Positions 37,671-50,560 are shown, counted from the first letter of the stretch. The stretch is 64,000 bases of DNA from Malacoraja senta (GCA_038087875.1 CM075987.1:27406001-27470000), one strand, 5' to 3'. The notes: generated from the letters alone by a model not told the origin. Translations and numbers: made by a program.

Positions 37671-39305
37671 CATTTAAATGGACAAGATTCCCCTTAAACC
37701 TGTTCCGAAGCTTGATTTTGAATCCTGGGACCTCTCATTTCAGTTTAGTTTATTGTCACCTGTACCAAACTGAGGTACAGTGAAAAGCTTTAGTTACGAG
37801 CTGACCAGTCAGCGGAGGAGACAATAAGAAATGTTGCTGCCTGTAGCAGTGGAGATTTAGGAGTGCGGAGCGACTGTAGATCTGCTACTGTGGCCAGCAC
37901 GCAAACAGCCGCCTGGCTTGGACACCATCTCTTCAATGGCATCTCCACTAGCAAGACCACAAAGGTTCAGGGTCTCTGGGACCTCCCCGAGGGCAGGCAG
38001 GTGACAATAACACAGACCCTGCCAGCAACACCCAATTCCCATAAATGAATCTTGCAAATCTGCAAGGTTTTGTTGGCTGTAAATCACCCTGAGATGTGCC
38101 GCGGCAGTAAAGGCTGCAATATGCATGCAAGATTTATTTTCTTTTAATGAGCAGGACGCAATTAAAGAGATGATTACCCGGTCGGTGCAGGGACTGAGAC
38201 TCCATGATGTAGACGGTCACCCAGTAGAGTGGATGTCTGGGTTTAATAGTCTGGCACCATGTACTGCAAATGTGAGCCCAATTGAAGAAATCTCAGTTAG
38301 CGGACTGAATGAGGAAGCAGTTAAAGCAGGCTCCAATGTTCCCACAGTGATTGAAGGGGAGCCTGGCCTTATAGGGTGCAATGGAATGAAGGTTTGGTTG
38401 AATAAGCTGCCACCTAACACAGTGAAGTCAGCTGAACTATTCAAATAAATAAATAGACAGATTCTTGATTCAACGTAGAACAGAGGGGGCAGAATGCTGG
38501 TGCCAGTGCCGAAGGAGAGGAGATGATTTACACCAGCCTTATAAATGGACCTTTGCATTGGGAATGGTTGAATGAGTTCTTCTCATTCTTGGACACCAAT
38601 GAGGTGCACCATTAACCTTGAAATGGCTTGGGGGGGATTGATCGCAGTTCCCCCCCCCCTCGCTCTCTGTCCAGTCAGTGGGGAGCAAGCTTGAATGTGG
38701 ATTTCCCACAGAGCTATGTACAGAGGAGTGGGGGAGCGGGGATGGGATGGGTCCCTGGAGATAAAGCCTTTACATGGGAACCTCAGGCAGACGTCGGAAT
38801 GACCCGTATCTTGACATCCTGTTGCCGTGTGGAAAAGAGTTCCTCAAAATATTTTTCCTCCTTGCTCGGGTTTGTGATCGTTTCGTACTGAAAGGAGGTG
38901 AGTCAATCCTTTTGGGAGAAGGGATTAGCAAAACTAACAGGAACACAAATCAGGAAGGGTTCAGACGCTGTGTGAAAGGAGGCCAAGAGAGACCCTTTCA
39001 TCTGTTGTCCTGTGAGTCAATGGTCTGGAGCAGAGCCTATCCCATTATGTCATGTTCCAGTGATGTGTAGAACAAATCAGACACTCACGGGGCCCATATA
39101 CACACAGCCAAAGGGCTAGAAAGGAGTTTTGTTTCATATGGTGTGTCATAAAATATATGTAAGGTAAATTAGAATTAGTTTTTTGTGGTTATGAAGTTAT
39201 CACAGTGGTTTTAACAAATGTTCATTGCTCTAGCACTGTGGTTTGATCTCACTCTTGGAACCATATTAACCCATTCTTTAACCCATATTAACCCATATTA
39301 ACCCG

Positions 39306-39404
39306 TTCAGTCTGAAGAAGGGTTTCGGCCCGAAACGTTGCCTATTTCCTTTGCTCCATAGATGCTGCTGCACCCGCTGAGTTTCTCCAGCTTTTTTGTG
39401 TACC
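39306..39404 (+). mobile_element. ~100-bp mini-PLE (subfamily 2) with 13-bp TSD
   Basis: AACCCATTCTTTA at 39268-39280 and 39405-39417; target-derived filler at 39281-39305. Confidence 0.82.
39312..39339 (+). ncRNA. Minimal hammerhead ribozyme core, subfamily 2 (UUCG-capped stem II)
   Basis: CTGAAGA-A-GGGT-TTCG-GCCC-GAAA-CG-TT. Confidence 0.68.
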
Positions 39405-39804
39405 AACCCATTCTTTACTGCTTCTCGGTTTATTTTACTGTATATATTACACTAATGCCCAGCTTCCATTTTATTATTTCTTTACTTTAGAGATACAGCG
39501 AGGAAACTGGCCCTTCAACCCACCGAGTCTGCGATTTCCCCGCACACTAGGACTATCCTACAAACACGAGGGACGATTTGCAATTTGTACCAAAGCCAAT
39601 TAACCAACAAACCTGTACGTCTTTGGAGTGTGGGAGGAAACCGGAGCACCCGGAGAAAACCCACGGGCCCGTCAGTCCCAACTTGCCCACACCGGCCAAC
39701 ATGTCCCAGCTACACTAGTTCCACCTGCCTGCGTTTTGACCCATTTCCTTCCAAACCTGTCCTATCCATGTCTCTGCCTAAGAGTTTTTTAAACGTTGTA
39801 GGAA

Positions 39805-40212
39805 CATAGAAACATAGAAAATAGGTGCAGGAGTAGGCCATTCGGCCCTTCGAGCCAGCTCTGCCATTCAATATGATCATGGCTGATCATCCAAAATCAG
39901 TATCCCGTTCCTGCTTTATCCCCATATCCCTTGATTCCGTTAGCCCCAAGAGCTAAATCTAACTCCCTCTTGAAAACATCCAGTGAATTGGCCCCCACTG
40001 CCTTCTGTGGCAGAGAATTCCACAGATTCACACCCATCTGGGTGAAGAAATTTTTCCTCATCCCAGTCCTCAGTTGGGATAGTCTCTGCCTCAACTACCT
40101 CCTCTGGCAGCTCGTTCCATACACCAACCACCCTTTGTGTGAAAAGGTTAACCCTCAGGTTCCTGTTAAATCTCCCCCCCCCCTCACCGTAAACCTATGT
40201 CCCCTGGTTCTT
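39805..40212 (-). mobile_element. Nested CR1 3' fragments
   Basis: GMRKNFFTQMGVNLWNSLPQKAV...GYGDKAGTGY inside another CR1 tail (39667-39800, 40074-40212). Confidence 0.83.
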
Positions 40213-40931
40213 GGCGTGTCCTTGTGTCTGCCTCAGACACAAGTTCCATCAGAGTCAATGAAATAATTGTTTAAGGCAAAGCTGTTGTATCTTCAGCAAC
40301 ACAAGAGGAGATCAACTCAAGGTACTGAACAGGGTTTGAAGCCACAAGGTGCTGATTGCCAGCCAAGACTACTTGCACTGAGCCAAAGGCAACCCCTGTT
40401 TTGAATCCTTGCGAAGGATATGGGGATGACTGGTAACGCTGCATTTATTGCTGATCCTGCTTGATCCCGCCTGGTCTGCCACCTTGAACTGCTGGAGTCT
40501 GCATCTTGTAGGTTTGCAACTGAACTCAGCTGAAACAGGGGTAGGACTAGTCTCAATATCCTTTGGTCAGGGAAGGAAACAAGATCACCTGAGGCTCAGA
40601 ATTCTGGTGGCTGTCCAATAACAGCAGTAGGCTGCTTTCATACAGCAGTCTTGAAGTGAATTAACATATTAAAGCATTCCGCACAGCACAAGCAGGTGCT
40701 GGGCATTAGCGGGCGGAAGAGGTTCCACGGACTGGGTAAGTTTTTGAAGATGGAGAAGAGTTGGTACAGCTGAGGCATGTAATGGACAGAGTAACCACAG
40801 CGTTACTACCCCTGAACAAGCAACACAGGGCTCATGCACACTAGGTACAGGAGGAAGATTCAGGTGCGTAAAGACAAAATGCTGGAGTAACTCAGCAGGA
40901 CAGGCAGCATCTCTGGAGATAAGGAATGGGT

Positions 40932-40959
40932 GACGTTTCGGGTCAAGACCCTTCTTCAG
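40932..40959 (-). ncRNA. Minimal hammerhead ribozyme core in a PLE pLTR arm (40872-40963)
   Basis: Reverse complement CTGAAGAAGGGTCTTGACCCGAAACGTC; the only change is in loop II. Confidence 0.62.
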
Positions 40960-41929
40960 ACTGAAGTGTAAAGTGGGATCGTGGAGTCTCAGAAATGGTG
41001 GTCTGAAAATAAAGAAAGCAGGGTAACAATAAATAAGTCTCATTAAGCGTACCGGCTCACACCTCCTGTGCTTCAATGTTATATTGTACTGACTAGTACA
41101 GGGGTCTGGGGTAATGGGGAGAAGGCAGGAGAATGGGGTTAGGAGGGAGACATCGATCAGCATGGCGGAGCAGACTTGATGGGCCGAATGGCCTAATTCT
41201 ACATTAGGGGCAAGTGGAGTCAAGGGATCTGGGGAGAATATGGGATATGGGGAGAAGGCAGGCACGGGTTATTGATAGGGGACGATCAGCCATGATCACA
41301 ATGAATGGCGGTGCTGGCTCGAAGGGCCGAATGGCCTCCTCCTGCACCTGTTTTCTATGTTTCTATGTTACTCCTATCACTTATAATCTTATCTCCAGCA
41401 CTAAATGTTGTGCCTTTATCTGTACACTGTGGACAGTGATCAAGTGTAGTCTTTTCTTTGACTGGCTAGCAAGTAAACAAAAGCTTTTCACCGTCCCTCG
41501 GTGGTCGTGACAATAATAATCTTATCAACTAATAAATAAACCCGGGTTCAATCCTGATCCCCACGCTGACTTTGTGGAGTTTGCACGTCCTCCCTGTGTC
41601 TGACCACGCAACAAAACGTTTCACTGTACCTCAGTACACGTGACAATAAACTAAACTGAAGGAGTGGGTTTCCTCTGGGTGCTACGGTTTACTCCCACAT
41701 CCCACAGATGCGGGGGTTGGTAGGTTAACTGGATAAAGTAAATCGCCCCAAGTGCGAAGGCTAGTGTTAGAATCTGGGCAAATGTGCTGGGATTATGGGA
41801 AGGGTAAAGTGGGATCTGTACTGGTGGTCTGTGCAAACTTGGTCAGGTGAAGGGTGTGTTTCTGTGTTGTTTGAACCCACGACTCTCTGAGAGTAAGAAT
41901 TTAAAACTCAATGCAGAGGGATAAAGTTT

Positions 41930-42203
41930 GGAGATAGAGTGAGGAAACAGGCCCTTCAGCCCACCAACTCTGTGCCAACCCATAGTCCCGTTCTATCCTA
42001 CACACACCAGGGACAATTTACGGAAGCCAATCAACCTACAAACCGGCTCGTCTTTGGAAGGTGGGAGGAAACCAGAGCACCCGGAGAAAACCCACGTGGT
42101 CACAGGGAGAACGTGCAAACTCCATACAGTCTGCACCCGTGGTCAGAATCGAACCCATGTCTCTGGCGCTGCAAGGCAGCAACTCTACCGCTGCGCCACC
42201 GTG
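41930..42203 (-). mobile_element. HE1-like V-SINE
   Basis: Head, V-domain, tail. Confidence 0.85.
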
Positions 42204-43547
42204 CAAATGAGAAGGGAAACAGTGAAGGCGGCTATCCATGTTATGCAGGGACCTGCTGAGTTACTCCAGCACTTTATGTCCTTTTGTGTATTACCCAGCA
42301 TCTGCAGTTCCTTGTTTCTGTTCTCTGTTCTTACAACATTCGTAATCCAATCTGTTCTAACAATATTTGTAATCCAGTTGGCCAGGATTAAAGTTCTGGG
42401 AACAAGTGATGAAATGTTGCCGAGGCATCTGGGGAGTTGTAATGACAGAAACCGCCGGTGTAATTAATGTTGATCACATGGACAGAACAGGTTTTGATGC
42501 ATATGGGCCTAACGCAGGCAGGTGGGACAAGAGTAGATGGGACATGTTGGTGGGTGTGGGCAAGTTGGGCCTAAGGGCCTGTCTCCACGCATTAGTCTAT
42601 GAATAATTAACAATGGTGCATAATTGCTATTTGAAGGTGGTCCGTTAATACATTTAAAAAAGAGTTGGACCATTGGATGGGTGAACTTCAGTGGGAACCA
42701 ACCATTAACTGTGTTTCTCTCTCTGTAGATGCTGCCTTACCTGCTGTGCATTTCCAACCTGTTTTAGTTTTTATCTCATGATAACCTTAACCTTACTATA
42801 TTTTGTGTAGCTAGTATTACTTGCTTTTACATTTTATCCGAGACATTTTAATGCTAATTATGACATTTGAATGGCATATGATAAATCTGACATTTTAATT
42901 CTTGGGTGTCAGGGGTTAAGGGGAGAAGGCAGGAGAATGGGGTTGAGAGGGAGAGGTAGATCAGCCATGATTGAATGGCGGAGTAGACTCGATGGGCCGA
43001 ATGGCTTAATTCTGATCCTATGACGTGAACATTCGAATGCTTTTTTTTCCATTTCGTGATGTTTCCTTTGTTGCTTTCTGTACATCATCCACACCACTGG
43101 ACCAATAATGATCCTGGTATTTCTGCAATGATACGATACAATACGATAGAACTTTATTTATCCCAGGAAGGGAAATTGGTTCAGAGCACTTCCTTTAGCT
43201 TTACACCCTGTGTTAGCTACTTCCTGTGTAGATCATTAATGCTTGACTTTACAACGAGGCTTTGATCCTCATGTTGTCACCTTGCATTATACTAAACCCT
43301 CCTTGATGACCTCCCAGTGGTGTTCCCTAAGACCGTCTGTCAACAACTCAGCCCAGTCCAACATATTCAGCTGACATCACGTTACTAAAAGCGGGAACAG
43401 CAGCGCAGTGGTGCAGCCAGCCGGGCAGCTCTGAGGATCCGCAGCTGTCTGCTTGCAGCTCGAAACCTGCACTGGAAGGAATCAATGTGGGTGCATCATC
43501 CTGCACGCAGGTCTGGGAGCTTGTGAGGGCACGACAAGCAAGTCAGT

Positions 43548-43885
43548 ACGGCACGGTGGTGCAGCGGGTAGAGCTGCTGCTTCACAGTGCCAGAGACGCG
43601 GGTTTGATCCTGGAATGTGAGAGAAAACCCACGCAGTCACAGGGAGAACGTACAAACTCACGCAGTCACAGGGAGAACGTTCTCCCCGTGACCTGCGTGG
43701 GTTTTCTCTCACATTCCGGGTGCTCCGGTTTCCTCCCACATTCCAAAGACGTACAGGTTTGTAGGTTAATTGGCTTCTGTAAATTGCCCCTTGTGTGTAG
43801 GATAGTGCTAGTGTACGGGGTGATCGCTGGTCGGCACGGACTCGGTGGGCCGAAGGGCCTGTCTCCATGCTGTCACTACATCTAA
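43548..43885 (+). mobile_element. HE1-like V-SINE with an internal inverted duplication
   Basis: Normal head and tail; 43612-43717 is a fold-back of the V-domain start. Confidence 0.83.
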
Positions 43886-44024
43886 ACACACTGACCAATC
43901 TTCACTTGGAGCTGTAAGCAGGAGGCAGGAGTTACAGAATTTATTGAATTGCGAGCTTGCGTACAAAACGAGCTGCTAGCAAGGCCAAGGCTCCAAGATG
44001 TGCCATGTAGTCTTCATTGGTTAC

Positions 44025-44541
44025 TAGGGTCGCCAACATTCTCACTCCCAAATAAGGGACAAAAGGTCAAAACAAGGGACAAATTCCCGACGGCAATTCG
44101 TTGACCGACTCGGCCGTGGCTGGGTGAATGATGAGTTGGCCCGGGTGTTGGACTGCACACAGAGCCCAGCCAGCGGGCCAGCTGAGGAGTTTTGGCCCGA
44201 GCCGCATGAGGCAAAGTCCGGGCCCCGTCCAACTCCTGAACCGATGATATTCCATGAGAAGGAGGGGTGGTGGTGTCAGCGGTAAGCGAAGGTCCGAAGG
44301 TCGGACAGCTGGCCGGGCTGCCGACTGACGGGGCCACGGGCGAGGCACTGCCGCTGCACTCCATGGGCTGCACTACGTTGGGAAGGGTGAGGCAGGGCCG
44401 GTTGCAGCACTCCGACACGACAGTCCCCTCGACCCGAGTAGTAGCAGTCAAATACGGGACAAGGGCGGTCCCGTATGGGACAAACCAATTTAGCCCAAAA
44501 TACGGGATGTCCCGGCTAATACGGGCCAGTTGGCGACCCTA
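44025..44541. mobile_element. Non-autonomous hAT (Blackjack-like) element, 517 bp
   Basis: Perfect 13-bp TIRs TAGGGTCGCCAAC / GTTGGCGACCCTA; 8-bp flanks TTGGTTAC / TTAGTCAC (6/8); subterminal (AATAC)GGGAC repeats. Confidence 0.85.
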
Positions 44542-46096
44542 TTAGTCACGCATCAGGCTGAGCAGACTCAACATTACATCCTAAACCTGCATCCAGCACA
44601 GATCTGTCACCAGAAACGGACAGGGACGAGGATACTCTGAATAAACATTACACTATGGAGAGAAAAATGCGAACAGAAACTCAACATTACATCCTAAACT
44701 CAAAGTGATTTAGATATAATTTGCACCTGCAGAGCTGTACGATATTATCGATGCGTGTGATATACTGATCTCTGAATGATTTCATTGTTCTATCTGGGAC
44801 ATATGACAATAAAACACTCTTGACTCTAGCCTCTCCCCCAGGGTTTGCCTCTTGGCCCACATTCACAACTAATTTGTTACTTTATCCCCTCATTTTGCTG
44901 GTATTTATATGTCAGTTTGGAATGGTTGCCTCTTTCCAGCTGGCACTTGCTTCATTTTCTATTACTTTCTGCTCCTAATACTTATGGAATTAGCCTCTAA
45001 TTCTACACGATCTGTCTCCCTGTTGACATTAACCCCATTCATGTGGCTCGGGTTTCCTGCTAATGGTGTTCATCGCTTGACTATCTAACTAACAGAAGAT
45101 AGACACAAAATGCTGGAGTAACTCAGCGGGACAGGCAGCATCTCTGGAGAAAAGGAATGGGTGATGTTTCGGGTCAAGACCCTTCTTCAGACTGAAGGAA
45201 GGTCATGACCCAAAGCATGAACATGATGCCAAGTGCAACTGATCTCATCAGCCCCCACATGATCCATGTCCCTCCAATTCCTGCAATTCCACGTGGCGAT
45301 CTAAATGCCTCTAACACAAATGACACAATTATTGGTGTTTAGCTTCTCATTCTCCTGATGTTCATTCCCCATGAGTCAGAGAGTCGTCAATCGTTGCTTT
45401 GGAGTTTATTGGAGAAAGATTGAGAGATGCAAGCCCTAGAAAGTCATAGTCATGGAGTGATATTGTGTGGAAACAGGCCCTTCAGCCCAACTTGCCCACA
45501 CCTGCCAACATGTCCCATCTGCACTAGTCCCACCTGCCTGCATTTGGCCTATATCCCTCTAAACCTGACCTATCCATGTACCTGTCTAACTGTTGTGATA
45601 GCCCCTGCCTCAACTACCTCCTCCGGCAGCTCGTTCCATACACCCACCACCCTTTGTGTGGTAACGTTACCCCTCAGGTTCCTGTTAAATCATTCCCTCT
45701 TGCTTTATTTGTTCTCACACTCTGGTATTTGGCCATCTTGTTCGTACCTTCTCCAGAATCTGTTCTTCTCAGTGCTGGAACTTGGCTGCACCTCGGCTAA
45801 AATCCACCTCCCATTTTGTTGGTGCTTGAATAGTTTCCCTGGAATTTGTCACTTTCACCTCGTATTTGCCTCTGCCTCTGTTGGCAGTCTCTTCCCTTTG
45901 CTCTTTCACTTGTCTCACTGCATTGTGGCTAACAACTGTGACCAAGTTGCTTATATGAAACACCTTCCCGTTCAGTATAATCGGTGCCAGAATAAATAGT
46001 GTGTGAGCAATGTTACAATGTCTGGAAAAAGTCACTCTAATTCCTTCAGCTAATCAATCTGCTGAGTTGCAGTTCATGGCAAAGCCTGTCCCTGCT

Positions 46097-46365
46097 TTAG
46101 ACTTTAGAGATACAGCGCGGAAACAGGCCCTTCGGCCCACCGAGTCCACACCGACCAGCGATCACCCCGTACACTAGCACCAACCTATACACTAGGGATC
46201 ATTTACAATTTTTACCAAAGCCAATTAGCCTACAAGCCTGCCGTCTTTGGAGTGTGGAAGGAAACCAGAGCACCTGGAGAAAACCCACGCAGGTCACGGG
46301 GAGAACGTACAAACTCCGTACAGACAGCACCCGCAGTCTGGCGCTGTGAGGCGGCTACTCTACGA
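46097..46365 (-). mobile_element. HE1-like V-SINE
   Basis: Tail, V-domain and a partly deleted head. Confidence 0.83.
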
Positions 46366-46384
46366 TTGCTAGGATACACATTTA

Positions 46385-46970
46385 GAGTCATAGGGTGATG
46401 GAGTCTTACAGCCTGGAAACAGGCCCTTTGGCCCAACTTGCCCATACTGGCTAACATGTCCCATCTACACTAGTCCCACCTGCCTGCATTTGGCCCATAT
46501 CCCTCTAAACCTGTCCAATCCATGTACCTGTCTAAATGTCTATTAAACGTTGCAATTGTACCTGCCTCAATCACCACCTCCGGCAGCTCGTTCCATACAC
46601 CACCACGCTTTGCGTGAAAAAGTTACTCCTCAGGTTCCTATTAAATCATTCCCCCCTCACCTTAAACCTATGTCCTCCCGTTCTCAATTCCCCTACTCTG
46701 GGCAAACGACTCTGTGCATTTACCCGATCTATTCCTCTCATGATTTTGTATACCTCTATAAGATCATCCCTCATCCTCCTGCGCTCCAAGGAATAGAGTC
46801 CCAGCCTGCTCAACCTCTCCCTATAGCTCACACCCTTGAGACCTGGCAATATCCTCATAAATCTTCTCTGCACCCTTTCACGTTTGACAATATCTTTCCT
46901 ATAAATGGTGCCCAGAATTGAACACAATATTCTAAATGCGGTCTCACCAACGCCTTATATAACTGCAACA
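46385..46970 (-). mobile_element. CR1 LINE 3' fragment
   Basis: YRKDIVKRERVQRRFMRILPGL...SLERRRMRDDLIEVYKIMRG; 3' UTR present. Confidence 0.9.
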
Positions 46971-47244
46971 TGTCTATGCTCAATAGACACAAAATGCTGG
47001 AGTAACTCAGCAGGACAGGCAGCATTTCTGGATAGAAGGAGTGGGTGATGTTTTGGGTTGAGACCCTTCTTCAGAATACTCTGACTGGTGAAGACTAATG
47101 TATTTTTTGGGAGTTTGCTTTGCAAAGATTGAGTGCAAAACAGTAACTAATTATTTGGATAGAAAGCACTGTAGAATATCCCTCAGCTATGTGGTGGAAC
47201 AAGGCATACAGCCCCGTTTGGTTGCAATTGTTTTGTTTAGGTCA

Positions 47245-47527
47245 GAGATACAGCACGGATACAGGCCCTTCGGCCCACCGAGTCCATGCTGACCAGCGAT
47301 CCCCGCACATTAACACCACCCCACACACACTAGGGACTATTTACATTTACACCAAGCCAATTGTACGTCTTGTACGTCTTTAGAGTGTGTGAGGAAACCG
47401 AAGATCTCGGAGGAAACTCACGCAGGTCACGGGGAGAACGTACAAACTCCGTACAGACAGCCCCCATGGTCAGGATCGAACCCGGGTCTCCGGCGCTGTG
47501 AGGCAGCAACTCTACCGCTGCACCACC
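47245..47527 (-). mobile_element. HE1-like V-SINE
   Basis: Head, V-domain, tail. Confidence 0.85.
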
Positions 47528-48282
47528 GAGAAGCCCTGTGTTGGGTGGGAGAACACGTGTGTGTGTGAATGAAAGTTTTGTGTGTGTCTGTGTGCTGGTT
47601 AACATGCATTTAAACATGCGTGTCTGGACACCCTGTGACCTGACTGTGGGCAGAACTGTGGGTTGAGAGGGGATGAGGTCATAGTCATAGACTGATACAG
47701 CCTAGTAACAGGCTCTTCGGCCCAACATGCCCACACTGACCAACATGTCCCAGCTACACTAGTCCCACCTGCCTGTGTTTGGTCCACATCCATCCAAACC
47801 TGTCCTATCCATGTACCTGTCTAACCTGTTTCTTAAACATTGCGATATTCCCAGCCTCAGCTGCATCCTCTGGCAGCTCGTTCCATACACCCACCACCCT
47901 TTGTGTGAAAAGGTTACCCTTCAGATTCCTATTAAATCTTTTTCCCTTCACCTGTGGTTTTCATGAGTTTGGAAGTTCTTGAAGCAGAATTAGGCCATTT
48001 GGCCCATCAAGTCTACTCCGCCATTCAATCGTGGCCAATCTATCTTTCCCTCTCAACCCCATTCTCCAGCCTTCTCCCTATAACCCCTGACACCCGTACT
48101 AATCAAGAAGAACCACCCTTACTTCTCCCAGAAAGGCGCTGAAAGGCTCCCGGGGACTCTCATTTCATTGAAGAATTCCATCATCCAAGTGGTTTGCTTC
48201 CGCGAAAATAAACATGCTTTTATGTTATGTTCTCTCTGGCGCACAGCCTCGTCATTGTAGAGATGAACGGGGCACGTTGTTT

Positions 48283-48287
48283 ACACG

Positions 48288-48327
<40 letters not shown>

Positions 48328-48670
48328 CGCACACACACACACACATACACACACACACGCACACACGCACACGCACACGCGCACACACACGCACACACAC
48401 ACACACACACACGCACACATACACACGCGCACACACACACACACACATACACACACACGCACACACATACACACACACACACGCGCACACACACACACAC
48501 GCGCACACACACACACGCACACACACGCACGCACACACACATGCACGCACACACACACACACACGCACACACACATACACACACACGTGCACACACACAC
48601 ACTCACTCACACGCGCACACACACACACACGCACACACACACACACACACACACGCGCACACACACACAA
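48283..48670. repeat. Compound (CA)n/(CG) microsatellite
   Basis: Directly visible. Confidence 0.98.
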
Positions 48671-48775
48671 ACACAGTGATGCCATAGTCAGAGTCATACA
48701 ATGTTTTGACTGACCAATCGTTCCCAAATGCCTTCTGTTCAGTTTAGTCTATTGTCCCGTGTTCCGAGGTACAGT

Positions 48776-49469
48776 ACTACTAAATACTTTACTTTGTCAC
48801 GTGTGACAAGTCGCAGTGAAATTCTTTGCTTGCGTACCCAAGGTGTGTAAATAGTCACCCATAAAGTGCGCTTACAAAGTACTCCCCCCCTCCCCACGCC
48901 GCCCCCCCCCCCCCCGCTCTGGGCCCCTCCCACACCAGGCCCCTCCCACACCAGGCCCCTCCCTCAACCGGCCCCTCCCCACACCAGGCCCCTCCCACAT
49001 CAGCCCCTCCCTTACCAGGCCCCTCCCTCACCTGGCCCCTCCCCACATCAGGCCCCTCCCACATCAGCCCCTCCCTCACCAGGCCCCTCCCTCGCCAGGC
49101 CCCTCCCACACCAGGCCCCCTCCCACATCAGACCCCTCCCACACCGGGCCCCTCCCACACCAGGCTGCTCCCACACCAGGCCCCCCCAACCTCCCACGCC
49201 AGGCCACTCCCATACCATGCCCCTCCCACGCCAGGCCACTCCCACACTGAGTCCCCTCCCACACCAGGCCCCTCCCTCATCAGGCCCCTCCCACACCAGG
49301 CCACTCCCACACCAGGCCACTCCCACACCGAGTCCCCTCCCACATCAGGCCCCTCCCTCATCAGGCCCCTCCCTCATCAGGCCCCTCCCACACCGGGCCA
49401 CTCCCACACCAGGCCACTCCCACACCGAGTCCCCCCATGCCGGGTCCTCCTTTGTTCCTTCCCCAGGCA
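48776..49469 (-). mobile_element. Non-autonomous retroposon carrying a minisatellite, nested in a Rex/Babar 3' UTR
   Basis: TSD GTACAGT at 48769-48775 and 49470-49476; minus-strand tail AAGAATTTCACTGCGACTTGTCACACGTGACAAAGTAAAG. Confidence 0.65.
48920..49435. repeat. ~16-bp minisatellite (CAGGCCCCTCCCACAC)n
   Basis: About 30 variant copies visible. Confidence 0.95.
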
Positions 49470-50109
49470 GTACAGTGAAAAGCTTTTGTTGCGTGCTAAC
49501 CATCCAGCAGGAAGACAATACATGATTACAATCGAGTTGTCCACAGTGTACTGACAGCAATGTCGAGCCAGTGTTCAGGTAGCTGGCTGGTGTGTGAAGC
49601 TGAGAGGCACAGGGTCAGATTTGTCAGCGTAAATAACGCGTTTCAGCCAAGAAAGTTTAGCCCGGCCCAAAGAACACGCATAATGACCAATGAGCCAACA
49701 GGGGCTGATGTCACTGCATGATGTCACCCAGTTAGGGCAGCTCTCTGGAGGTTGAGGGGCAATGAGAAGCAGCCTAGCGCCAGAGAGAACAGCTTCTCCC
49801 TCATAAAACACCAGCAACTGAATGGCCTCTTGTTTTTGTAGAGCGTTTATTGAGGCAGGGCAAGGAATAAATTGTTATCCTTACTTAATGTTGCTTAAAA
49901 TTAGGCTCTGCCTCCAGGAGAAATGAGGCTGTTGCCGTGTCTCATTGCGCTAAAAGGCTGGGTGTGAAAATATTACATCAGTTAATTGGCTTTCAGTGAG
50001 AAAATTCAGAACGCGGAGCTATTAACTAGTCGCTGCCCCTTGTACCACTCTTTAATGCCAGAAGCCTCGCGCAGCCAAGCTAATCGTAGACTAGCAGCGC
50101 CCGTCAGCT

Positions 50110-50560
50110 TTCAGTTCAGTTCAGTTTATTGTCACGTGTACCGAGGTACAGTGAAAAGCATTTGTTGCGTGCTATCCTGTCAGCGGAAAGACAATACATG
50201 ATTACAATCGAGCTGTTTACAGTGTACAGCTACTGTACATGATAAGGGAATAGCGTTTAGTGCAAGATATGGAGTGATCGCTGGTCGGCGCGGCCTCGGT
50301 GGGCCTAAAGGCCTGTTTCCACGCTGTATCTCTAAAGCCTAAAAGTCTAAAGTAAAATTTCAGTTCAGTTCAGTTGATTCTCACGTGTACCGAGGTACAG
50401 TGAACAGCTTTTGTTGCGTGCTAACCAGTCAGCGGAAAGACAATACATGATTACAATCGAGCCATTTACAGTGTACAGATACATGATAAGGGAATAACAT
50501 TTAGTGCAAGGTAAAGCCAGCAAAGTCCGATCAAAGATATTCTGAGGGTCACCAATGAAG
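50110..50560 (-). mobile_element. Two Rex/Babar 3' UTR fragments with a SINE tail between them
   Basis: TTTATTGTCACGTGTACCGAGGTACAGTG-type tails at ~50125 and ~50375. Confidence 0.8.

Noticed and set aside
44014..44545. CpG-island promoter or GC-rich ORFs
   Set aside because: The GC-rich block lies exactly between hAT-type TIRs and is the interior of a MITE.
48866..49525. 219-aa proline-rich ORF
   Set aside because: Translation of the 16-bp C-rich minisatellite; no splice or homology support.
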